From a virus, in IMG/VR virus record IMGVR_UViG_3300006734_000008, positions 1 through 64,000 of that record: DNA of 64,000 nt. One strand, written 5' to 3'. Position numbers and translations under genes: made by a program. How positions within the stretch are numbered: position 1 is the stretch's first letter; each line of letters begins with the position of its first letter. Below, in pieces: positions 55,936 through 64,000 of this stretch. The notes below the pieces were generated by a model, which searched no databases, was not told where the DNA came from, and saw nothing but the letters and a program-made list of their open reading frames with translations.

Positions 55936-56535
55936 TGAGATGTGAATACTGTGGTAAATTTATAGGTTATGAGGAGTTCAATAAGGGTGAGGCAATAGTT
56001 GAATCTTTTACTCCAGATAGTCATTTTACCATTGAGAAGACTGAGATGGCACATGTTAAATGTATGAACAGAAATGCCAAGACATAACAATTATCCAAAG
56101 GTCAAGTACAAAGGTACTTACTACTTTTTGTTTGACCGTACAGAGGGGGAAGCTTATATAGGTACACAACCAGCAAATAAGTTTCCAGTATCAATCGAAG
56201 AAATCGAGTTATTATGATGAGAGAATCTGTAGAGCAACGCATTAATAGAATGTGGTTTGCACAATGGCCTATCTCTCATCAACTCGATTTGATTGAAGAG
56301 AGTAATATAGATTCTAAGATTAAGAATCTTGTAAATGAAAAAGTAAGACAAAATCAATACTAATGGAGAACACAAAAATCCAAATTAAACAAACATTGTT
56401 AGGTGACAGATTCCATGTGTCAGAAATCTCTACTAATGTAGAAACAGAGACAGAAACTATCACTACACTATTTACTGGTTCAATCAGTGAATGTAAAGAC
56501 TACATCGCATTGAAAGAAAAGGGTTACATTATCTA

Positions 56536-56904
56536 ATGAACACTGAACAATTTGATAAGGTCTTAAACTCTAGATTAGAGAAGACTAGACAAGTACTTGG
56601 AGTTAAGGCAAAAGAGTATGTCCGTAATGGAGACAGACTGCATAACTTCAATGTTGCAGCCCAAAGAAGGGGAAGCACACGAGAAAGAATTCTGGATGGA
56701 TACCTTCTAAAACATCTTATGTCATATGAAGATATGTTGGATGATATAGAAAAAGGTAACCTTCCGAGTTACAGTTACATAGATGAAAAGATTGGTGACA
56801 TTATCAATTATTTCATTCTTCAAGAAGCCTGTATTGTTCAAACTATTAAGGAACATGAGGCAAAAGTAAGTACTTCTAAACCTGCAGCAGGTAATGGCGG
56901 ATAA
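56536..56904 (+). CDS. hypothetical protein
   Basis: 122-aa ORF; region 55935-56536 holds several sub-60-aa ORFs including a CxxC zinc-ribbon peptide. Confidence 0.4.
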   Translation: MNTEQFDKVLNSRLEKTRQVLGVKAKEYVRNGDRLHNFNVAAQRRGSTRERILDGYLLKHLMSYEDMLDDIEKGNLPSYSYIDEKIGDIINYFILQEACIVQTIKEHEAKVSTSKPAAGNGG

Positions 56905-57051
56905 AAGAGTTTACTTTAACGATGAGTGGAATCAGGAAAAAGCTCGTAAAAGACCTAACGCTGCTCATTATGATAGTATGAAGGACTACTATGAAGACCT
57001 TGAAAAATATGAACAATGGTTAACTGAAAATGAAGAAAAAAATATTACCTG

Positions 57052-57348
57052 ATGATTAGAATCATAACAATTCTTTGTTTAGCTTTTATTCAAAATATAA
57101 GCTTTACTTTGGTTTCTCGTAGTAGAAACCGAGATAACAAAACCTTTCACATATTTGCTGCTATAGGCTCTAATACTCTCTGGTTTTTAACATTTAGAGA
57201 GTTAGTACTTGCTGATATGACTCCTATTTTATTAATACCTTATGTAATAGGTACAGTAGTAGGAAGTGTTGTTGGTATGGATATCTCTATGTGGATAGAG
57301 AAAAAGTTAGGAGCATCAGCAGATAAACATTTAAATAAAGAGAAATAG
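57052..57348 (+). CDS. small membrane protein
   Basis: 98 aa, three hydrophobic helices. Confidence 0.35.
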   Translation: MIRIITILCLAFIQNISFTLVSRSRNRDNKTFHIFAAIGSNTLWFLTFRELVLADMTPILLIPYVIGTVVGSVVGMDISMWIEKKLGASADKHLNKEK

Positions 57349-57356
57349 AAAAATAA

Positions 57357-59891
57357 ATGCATAGAGAAGAAGAATATTTTAGAGGGGATGCCATGGCAGC
57401 AAGTGTATGGCGCGGAAAATATGCATTACCTTCAGAAGAAACTCCAGATGATATGCATCGGAGATTAGCTCGTCCTTTTGCTAGGATAGAGCACGAATAC
57501 TTGCAACAAGAGAATGACCTTGACCCAGCATTAATTGACGAATTGTCTGATTATGGGAAACAAAGGTTTGTAGACAGTCGTGATTTCAGCCAAACTGAGG
57601 TAGAAGAGGCAATCTACAAATTATTCAAGGACTTTAAATATATTATACCACAAGGTTCTATTATGTCAATCTTAGGTAGTGACAAAATTGGTTCACTATC
57701 TAATTGTTTTGTAGTAGGACAACCTCATGATAGTTATGGAGGGATTCTCCAAAAGGATGAGGAGTTGGTACAACTCATGAAGAGAAGAGCTGGTGTAGGA
57801 CTAGACCTTAGTTCCCTACGCTATGAGGATGCTTCAGTTACTAATGCAGCTGGTTCCTCAACAGGAGCTCCTTCCTTTATGGATAGATACTCTAATAGCA
57901 CCAGAGAGGTAGCCCAAAAGGGGAGAAGAGGTGCTTTGATGCTTACCATTATGTGTAATCATCCTGACGTGGTTAAATTTATCAATGCAAAGCAAGATAG
58001 AACTAAAGTCACAGGTGCTAATATTTCAGTACTGTTGACTGATGAGTTCATGGAAGCTGTGAAAGATGATGGTGATTTTGATTTAATCTTTGATGGAGAG
58101 GTTGTTACCACTGTCAAAGCAAAAGAAATCTATGACCAGATTGTACACAATGCATGGGATAATGCTGAACCAGGTCAAATGTTCATTGATAGACATTGGG
58201 ATTGCTCTCCTGATTCTGTCTATGATAAGTATAAAGGAGTAACTACTAATCCTTGTGGTGAAATCTTTATGGGTCCATATGATGCCTGTAGGCTAATGGC
58301 ACTTAACTTGTTTAGTGTAGTAAAAGACCCATTTAAAGAATTAGCATCTTTAGATGAAGAACTTCTTTATAGTGTTGCATATGAGCAACAAAGATTGGCA
58401 GATAACCTTATTGACTTAGAGATAGAACATATCTACGAGATTATCAATAAGATTCATCTAGACCCAGAGCCAGACGAAGTTAAGGTTAGAGAACTCCATT
58501 TATGGAACAAGGTTCTTGATACTGCATCTTCTTCTAGAAGAACTGGTTGTGGATTTACAGCTTTAGGTGATATGCTAGCTGCACTAGGATTAAAGTATGA
58601 TTCAGAAGAAGCCATGGGATTCATTGCTAAGGTAATGAAGATTAAGATGACTGCAGAGCTTGATGCTACTGTAGATATGGCAATTCAACGTGGACCATTT
58701 GCTTTATTCCATCCTGAAAAGGAGTATTACAATTACCATGTAAGTGAGGGTAGAGAGGGAGTTAACAGCTTCTTCCAATTCCTTAACAAAGAGTTTCCTC
58801 GTCAAGTTTCCAAGATGTGTAAGTTTGGACGTAGGAATGTATCATGGTCTACTGTAGCTCCAACAGGTAGTGTGAGTATCTTAGCTAAGGCTATTAAATA
58901 TGCCAATCTATCTTCTGGCATGGAGCCTATCTTCAAGAACTACTATATCCGTAGGAAGAAGGTAAATCCTGGAGAAGATGGTGTAAGAGTAGATTTTGTA
59001 GACCAGAATGGAGACAATTGGATGGAATACCCTATTGTTATGGGAGCATTCAAAGATTGGCTGGAAATAAAGGGAGTGGAAGATGTAGAGCTTTTAACTG
59101 AGCAGGAGATGGACGAATGGTTCGCCAAATCCCCTTGGTATGGAGCCTGTGCAGAGGATATTGATTGGATGAATAGAGTGAGGATTCAGTCTATTATTCA
59201 AAAGTATACTTCACACAGTATCTCATCAACCATTAACTTACCCAAAACAGTTACAGAACAAGAGGTTGCAGAAATCTATCTGTATGCCTATGAATGTGGC
59301 TTAAAGGGAGTTACAATCTATAGAGATGGTTCACGTTCTGGTGTCTTAATTACTGAGAAAGAAGATGATAATGATAAGTTCGTAACAAGAGATGCACCCA
59401 AGAGACCAAAAGTACTACCATGTGAAGTTCATCAAAGTGTAAAAGATGGAGAAGAGTTTCTCATTATAGTAGGTTTATTAGATGGTAAACCTTACGAAGT
59501 CTTCTGTGTTGATAATGAATACAATCTACCAAGAGGTGTTCTAGCAGGAGATATTATTAAACAATCTCGCAGTAACTATACTGTAAAAATCCCAGAAGTC
59601 ATTGATATTGAGCGTATTGGAGACAGTATGTCCAATGAAGAAGCTGCTTTATCACGAATGATTAGTACAGCCTTAAGGCATGGTGCTGATATTAAATTCG
59701 TAGTTGAGCAGTTGAATAAAGCTGAGGGAGATTTACAGGCATTCAGTAAAGTAATTGCACGAAACCTTAAGAAGTATATCAAAGAGGGTGAAGAAGCAAC
59801 AGGTGTCACTTGTGATAACTGCGGTTCTACCCACATTATATATGAAGAGGGTTGTCAAAAATGTGCAGATTGTGGAACAAGTAAATGTTAA
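57357..59891 (+). CDS. nrdJ: ribonucleotide reductase, class II (B12-dependent, NrdJ-like) with C-terminal zinc ribbon
   Basis: Active-site NPCGEI motif, 844 aa, C-terminal CDNCGS...CQKCADCGTSKC. Confidence 0.65.
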   Translation: MHREEEYFRGDAMAASVWRGKYALPSEETPDDMHRRLARPFARIEHEYLQQENDLDPALIDELSDYGKQRFVDSRDFSQTEVEEAIYKLFKDFKYIIPQGSIMSILGSDKIGSLSNCFVVGQPHDSYGGILQKDEELVQLMKRRAGVGLDLSSLRYEDASVTNAAGSSTGAPSFMDRYSNSTREVAQKGRRGALMLTIMCNHPDVVKFINAKQDRTKVTGANISVLLTDEFMEAVKDDGDFDLIFDGEVVTTVKAKEIYDQIVHNAWDNAEPGQMFIDRHWDCSPDSVYDKYKGVTTNPCGEIFMGPYDACRLMALNLFSVVKDPFKELASLDEELLYSVAYEQQRLADNLIDLEIEHIYEIINKIHLDPEPDEVKVRELHLWNKVLDTASSSRRTGCGFTALGDMLAALGLKYDSEEAMGFIAKVMKIKMTAELDATVDMAIQRGPFALFHPEKEYYNYHVSEGREGVNSFFQFLNKEFPRQVSKMCKFGRRNVSWSTVAPTGSVSILAKAIKYANLSSGMEPIFKNYYIRRKKVNPGEDGVRVDFVDQNGDNWMEYPIVMGAFKDWLEIKGVEDVELLTEQEMDEWFAKSPWYGACAEDIDWMNRVRIQSIIQKYTSHSISSTINLPKTVTEQEVAEIYLYAYECGLKGVTIYRDGSRSGVLITEKEDDNDKFVTRDAPKRPKVLPCEVHQSVKDGEEFLIIVGLLDGKPYEVFCVDNEYNLPRGVLAGDIIKQSRSNYTVKIPEVIDIERIGDSMSNEEAALSRMISTALRHGADIKFVVEQLNKAEGDLQAFSKVIARNLKKYIKEGEEATGVTCDNCGSTHIIYEEGCQKCADCGTSKC

Positions 59892-59942
59892 ATATGAGCT
59901 GGTTATTAATATTAATCCTACTGTTTTTACTCATCAGACAAA

Positions 59943-60146
59943 ATGACTAAACAAGAGGATAAGGTATGGGTGGAACATCCTCAAATGGGGGATGTTTCCT
60001 TTACCCGTATGACCGCACGTCAAGAAGATGTGCTTAGGGAATATTCAAACCTTAAAAGTAAAATAGAGGAGTTGAAAAGATTGACAAGTGAGTTTCCAAA
60101 TGACTATGAATTTGGACTCAAAGTGAGAGAGATTTTAAGGAAATAA
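59943..60146 (+). CDS. hypothetical protein
   Basis: 67-aa ORF. Confidence 0.35.
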   Translation: MTKQEDKVWVEHPQMGDVSFTRMTARQEDVLREYSNLKSKIEELKRLTSEFPNDYEFGLKVREILRK

Positions 60147-60148
60147 AA

Positions 60149-60715
60149 ATGAACGTAGAAATTTATCAGAATATTATCAGTAAGACGGCAGTATACCCGT
60201 CTAGTGTAGATAAGTTTGGAGTAGCCTATACTTATTTAGGACTTCTTGGTGAAAGTCAAGAGGCGATGGATAAGTTACATGATTACTTCTTGACCTATGT
60301 ATATCCAACATCCGTTAGTAAAGAGGATGTTCTCAAGGAATTGGGAGATGTATATTGGTATATAACTGCCATGTGTGGTGAATTAGGTATCAATGTAGCT
60401 AATGTTATTTCAACAACAGCTAAAGGAATTGAACCAGAAGAAGCTATGTATGATTTGGAGAATGAGTTCCACACTCTACCATATCTTGCAGAAAGTTTTA
60501 AGAAGTTTTATCGTGACGGTAAAGTCTTAGAAGTTGGAGACATTACTGAAATCTTAAGTAGAATTTGTTATATGATGGCTGTGCTTATTATTAGTTTAAA
60601 CTCTACAGTAAGTGCTGTACTACAGACAAACTATGACAAGTTAATTGCACGAAGAGAAACCAATACACTACACGGAGATGGCGACAACAGAGAAGAAGCG
60701 AAAGCACAGTCATAA
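60149..60715 (+). CDS. mazG: MazG-like nucleoside triphosphate pyrophosphohydrolase
   Basis: LGLLGESQEA (E-x-x-E) and ELGDVYWYITAM helix motifs of MazG/HisE family. Confidence 0.55.
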   Translation: MNVEIYQNIISKTAVYPSSVDKFGVAYTYLGLLGESQEAMDKLHDYFLTYVYPTSVSKEDVLKELGDVYWYITAMCGELGINVANVISTTAKGIEPEEAMYDLENEFHTLPYLAESFKKFYRDGKVLEVGDITEILSRICYMMAVLIISLNSTVSAVLQTNYDKLIARRETNTLHGDGDNREEAKAQS

Positions 60716-60884
60716 ACAATGTGCTGTACACCTTTGTTTTCTTAATGAAAATGAAGAGTGTGAAATATGCCTAGATGAGATGCATCAAAATGAACAAGCC
60801 TATTTAGATATGGCTTATGATGACCTCACAGAAGATGGCGAAGATTTTGACTATTGATTGTAGTATTTTTGATTAAACAACGAA

Positions 60885-60914
60885 GGGGAGCTGTAGTGGC
60901 TCCCCTTTCTTTTT
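60885..60914 (+). terminator. rho-independent terminator closing the plus-strand block
   Basis: GGGGAGC-tgtagtg-GCTCCCC hairpin followed by TTTCTTTTT. Confidence 0.6.
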
Positions 60915-60935
60915 GTGCAGAAGTGTAATAGAACT

Positions 60936-63900
60936 CTAGTCGTAGATTTCTAAAATCTTAATACCATTCTCAGGATTCAACATGTAACCATTAAGACCAA
61001 GTAGTTTCATAAATGCTACATTGATTTTAGGGTCACCCTTTTCTGCAAGGTTTCCAAAGATGGTTTTATAGTTCTCATTTCTTTGATAGTAGGCTGTATT
61101 TTGACCAAATAGAGTTGGTCCAATAAGCCCTGTTGTACGGAATAATTTTTCCCCAACTGACCAGATAGGTGAAGGAGTACGGAAACTCTTCAATGTACCA
61201 CCTGGATTTAGTGGGAATCCCCAAGTATTGATACTACCTAATCCAAAGTTGTAGAAGGAAAGTTCTGATTGTGCTCTCATAGACCAATACAGTGCATACT
61301 TCATACCTAAAGTCATTCCAATACCCCTCTCATCATCATCGTCAGCATCCTTTAATCCTGCTGCTAATAATGCAGCTATACTTGACAGTAGTAACATATA
61401 AGTTATCTCAGCTGCAGTTCTTTTAACATTTGCAACTTCCTGTTTAGTAAGATTGTGTGACTGATTAGTTAGAAGATTCCATAATTCATCTCTTTCTGAA
61501 ATCAATTTACCAAAGAATGTTCTGTAATAACCTTCATATTCTGCACCTAACTCATAATCATAGCCCCAACCCTGGAATCTTCTTCTTACGTTGGGAGCAA
61601 TAAACTTACGATACATCATAAGTAGTCTACCTGCATTATGACGTTCAATCAATGGTCTATCAAATGAATTGTATACACCATTGAATCTCTTATTCAGTGC
61701 ATGAATTTTTCGTTCAGCTTCGTGGTTGAGGAATTCTACACCAGGTTGTACGGCCAAATTACCATCCTTATCTACACTATAAGCATCATACAGAGAAATG
61801 GTTTTACCACCTGCTGTTTTTACTTTAGTGTCTTTTAAGATGGACATCATCACTTTAACTTGGGCAGCGTGTTCACCCTTATGCATAAAGGAGAACCAAC
61901 CTTTACTTCCCCACATTTTCTTTACTTTACCTTGAGACATCTTACGACCGTATTCATCTATAAACTCTCCTTGTAAAGCATCGTATAATTCAGCTAACTG
62001 TCCAATCTTAGACTTCTTGGCTGTACCCAACATATCAGACATAAAGCCAGGCTCATTCTTTCTGTATTCAGCCTTAGCCCAGAACCATGTCTTTGTTGAA
62101 AAATGCTCTCCTGACCAAGCATCAATAGCTGTAGATATATGTGCAGCCATTGAGTTCGCCACAGCAAGAACAGGATTACCACCAATTTGTGTGAATGATG
62201 CAAATCCCATTAGAGCATCTGTTATTTTATTCCAGTTGACACCACCAGCATTAGACTTCAATCGAGTCTTACCGTAGATGTGCATATCTATAAGAGCTTC
62301 CAACATAGCAGCAGTATTATTACCTTTATGCTTACGGAAGTACTCTCCTAAGAATTTATTACCAATCTTGGTATCTTTTAATTTATCTTCAGCAGAATGT
62401 AGTGGCCCTTTTTCACTAACTGTTTTAGATAGAGCTTTAGCTACAGGTTCTAATTGTACCTGTGCTGCATGTTTATTAGCTGCAGCATAATAAGTAAGGA
62501 CAGAACCCATAAGGTCAAGAGATGTATTCTCCATACCTAAGTCAAGCTTATATAGATGAGGAATAATCTTCCTATCCTCACCGTATTCTTCTTGCTCATT
62601 AGGTAAGAATCTAGTAGCACCTTCCCAAGTCCTTCTTAACCAACCTTTAGTATCACCTTCTCTAACCCTGTCATTGGCAATTTTCTCAATACCAGGTAGG
62701 CGATACATCATTGGAGTATCTTGAATCATTTGTTGACCTGATAAGTAAGTGGATAATAGGAACTTATAGTATTTCTCTTTAGCTCCACCATCCATTACTG
62801 CATTCCATTTCTCATTACGGAACATATCCCAGTTAGGCATAGTAACTTCTTTACCAACTGCTTTTGTTCCTTCAGGAGTAACCACAAAGTTTTTGTCGAA
62901 CCACTCTTCATAAGAAGTAGTGGATGCTTTTGCTTCACGAATCTTTGCATGATATCCTTCAATAAGTACAGCTTTTTCACCAGGCTTATATGGATTATCA
63001 ATTGTGATATCCTCAGCCTCTCTTGAGACTCTGTATCCTTTTTCTACTGCCATCTTTTGTAGTAGTTGATATTTTAAAGTAATCTCATTTGCTTCTGCAT
63101 ATATAGGGTTAGTAGTTTTTAATATTTTAGCTTCTATTTCTGCCTCTACAGCCAAGTCTTTCATTGCCTTACTGTAAGCATTATAATCAAGCTTTTGTAC
63201 AAATGAGTAATATTGTTTATCTCCCTCCTGAATTACTTCATAGAATGGTTTGTTAAACTCTTTAACATTATCTCTAGATACACCAGCTTTCTTTGCATAT
63301 TCATCAAAAGCCTTAGCTGCAATCTTTTCTACACCGAACAGATGCTCTCTAACCTTATCAAAAGCTTCTTTCATATGCAGAGCAAACGTAGCAATGATAC
63401 TGTTATTAACACTAACAGCAGGATTAAGATGAGCAGACATAATAGAAATGTCTTTGTAGTCACCAGTGTTTAGCATTCTAAGAATAGACTCTTTAGATTC
63501 ATAGTACTTATCCTCAATACGAGCTAGTCTATTTTCTAATCCCCTTCTACGTCTATCTGACAATTTCTCATTAGTCAGTTTCTTTTTGATGATTGCAATC
63601 TCTTCAGCAAGATTACTCTTCTTATCCTGATTAGGTAATTGTTCTGAAAGGAGTTCAGCCAATATAGGATTAACCCTATTCTTAGAGATACGCTCAACTC
63701 TATTGAACTCAGAGATAATCTTATCTAACATATCCAATACGGAATTATCCTCTCTTGGAATATCTTTAGAGTTTTCATATAGGTTCTGTAGTTCCTCTAC
63801 AATACCTCTGAATAGGTCTTGTTCAGACTTAAATAAGTCAAGTTGTTGTAGGATATCAGCAGTTGAGATGTCCTTATCAGTATCAATTCTATCAACAAAA

Positions 63901-64000
63901 GCTTGGAATCTTTTAGCTAAACTGTTCTTATCAGTTACAAACTCTTGATGCATATACTCAATGAACTCAGCTATTTGACTGAAGTCATTACCAGTTTGAA
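60936..64000 (-). CDS. large virion-associated protein, partial (tape-measure-like candidate), continues beyond window
   Basis: ORF over 1005 aa still open at window end; coiled-coil-rich N-region, hydrophobic segments near C-terminus. Confidence 0.35.
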   Translation of the reverse strand, partial: QTGNDFSQIAEFIEYMHQEFVTDKNSLAKRFQAFVDRIDTDKDISTADILQQLDLFKSEQDLFRGIVEELQNLYENSKDIPREDNSVLDMLDKIISEFNRVERISKNRVNPILAELLSEQLPNQDKKSNLAEEIAIIKKKLTNEKLSDRRRRGLENRLARIEDKYYESKESILRMLNTGDYKDISIMSAHLNPAVSVNNSIIATFALHMKEAFDKVREHLFGVEKIAAKAFDEYAKKAGVSRDNVKEFNKPFYEVIQEGDKQYYSFVQKLDYNAYSKAMKDLAVEAEIEAKILKTTNPIYAEANEITLKYQLLQKMAVEKGYRVSREAEDITIDNPYKPGEKAVLIEGYHAKIREAKASTTSYEEWFDKNFVVTPEGTKAVGKEVTMPNWDMFRNEKWNAVMDGGAKEKYYKFLLSTYLSGQQMIQDTPMMYRLPGIEKIANDRVREGDTKGWLRRTWEGATRFLPNEQEEYGEDRKIIPHLYKLDLGMENTSLDLMGSVLTYYAAANKHAAQVQLEPVAKALSKTVSEKGPLHSAEDKLKDTKIGNKFLGEYFRKHKGNNTAAMLEALIDMHIYGKTRLKSNAGGVNWNKITDALMGFASFTQIGGNPVLAVANSMAAHISTAIDAWSGEHFSTKTWFWAKAEYRKNEPGFMSDMLGTAKKSKIGQLAELYDALQGEFIDEYGRKMSQGKVKKMWGSKGWFSFMHKGEHAAQVKVMMSILKDTKVKTAGGKTISLYDAYSVDKDGNLAVQPGVEFLNHEAERKIHALNKRFNGVYNSFDRPLIERHNAGRLLMMYRKFIAPNVRRRFQGWGYDYELGAEYEGYYRTFFGKLISERDELWNLLTNQSHNLTKQEVANVKRTAAEITYMLLLSSIAALLAAGLKDADDDDERGIGMTLGMKYALYWSMRAQSELSFYNFGLGSINTWGFPLNPGGTLKSFRTPSPIWSVGEKLFRTTGLIGPTLFGQNTAYYQRNENYKTIFGNLAEKGDPKINVAFMKLLGLNGYMLNPENGIKILEIYD

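Noticed and set aside
1-64000. CRISPR arrays, integrase/transposase genes, rRNA genes
   Set aside because: No regularly spaced direct repeats, no tyrosine/serine recombinase or DDE transposase motifs, and no rRNA-like conserved blocks were seen

Overview
This 64 kb window reads as a contiguous stretch of a tailed dsDNA phage genome. It is AT-rich (roughly 35-40% GC), very gene-dense, and shows no host housekeeping genes. The host is most likely a Bacteroidetes (Flavobacteriia-type) bacterium, because one ORF carries a T9SS-type C-terminal sorting domain and others carry lipoprotein or outer-membrane signatures. The window has three parts. (i) 1-20.4 kb, minus strand: a morphogenesis and lysis operon. 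It contains a TerL candidate, a portal candidate, an acidic coiled-coil scaffolding candidate, a major capsid candidate, other virion proteins, a lysis cassette (membrane-anchored TIGR02594/CHAP-type hydrolase, holin-like protein, overlapping spanin-like pair), a GroES-like co-chaperonin, many small ORFs, a PhoH-like ATPase and a degenerate tRNA-Met-like gene. (ii) 20.5-60.9 kb, plus strand, beginning at a divergent switch region near 20.4-20.5 kb: an early and metabolic region. It contains membrane and lipoproteins, an SPFH/band-7-like protein, NAD salvage (NadV plus a Prs-like PRTase), tRNA-Arg(TCT), tRNA-Leu(TAA), an RNA-repair cassette (RNA ligase, Pnk-type kinase, metallophosphoesterase), a lytic-transglycosylase-like protein, a complete tmRNA (ssrA-like) gene with an internal tag ORF, two GNAT-like paralogs, and a replication module (family A DNA polymerase, a frameshifted SF2 helicase, a DnaB-like helicase, an SSB with an acidic DELPF tail, a TOPRIM primase, a PD-(D/E)xK nuclease). 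The most unusual element is a cluster combining two GS-like amidoligase-type proteins, a gamma-glutamyl-cyclotransferase-like protein, an ATP-grasp ligase, a class-II (Ntn) glutamine amidotransferase and an upstream class-I GATase/peptidase-C26-like protein. This is a predicted peptide/amide-ligation (gamma-glutamyl type) modification system of unknown target. Further plus-strand genes include a lambda-type Ser/Thr phosphatase, a class II (B12-type, NPCGE motif) ribonucleotide reductase and a MazG-like NTP pyrophosphohydrolase. (iii) 60.9-64 kb, minus strand: a convergent, window-truncated ORF of more than 1000 aa, a possible tape-measure-like protein. Rho-independent terminators built on GGGGAG...CTCCCC hairpins recur throughout. 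No CRISPR array, integrase or transposase was recognised. All calls rest on motif reading; no database search was run.
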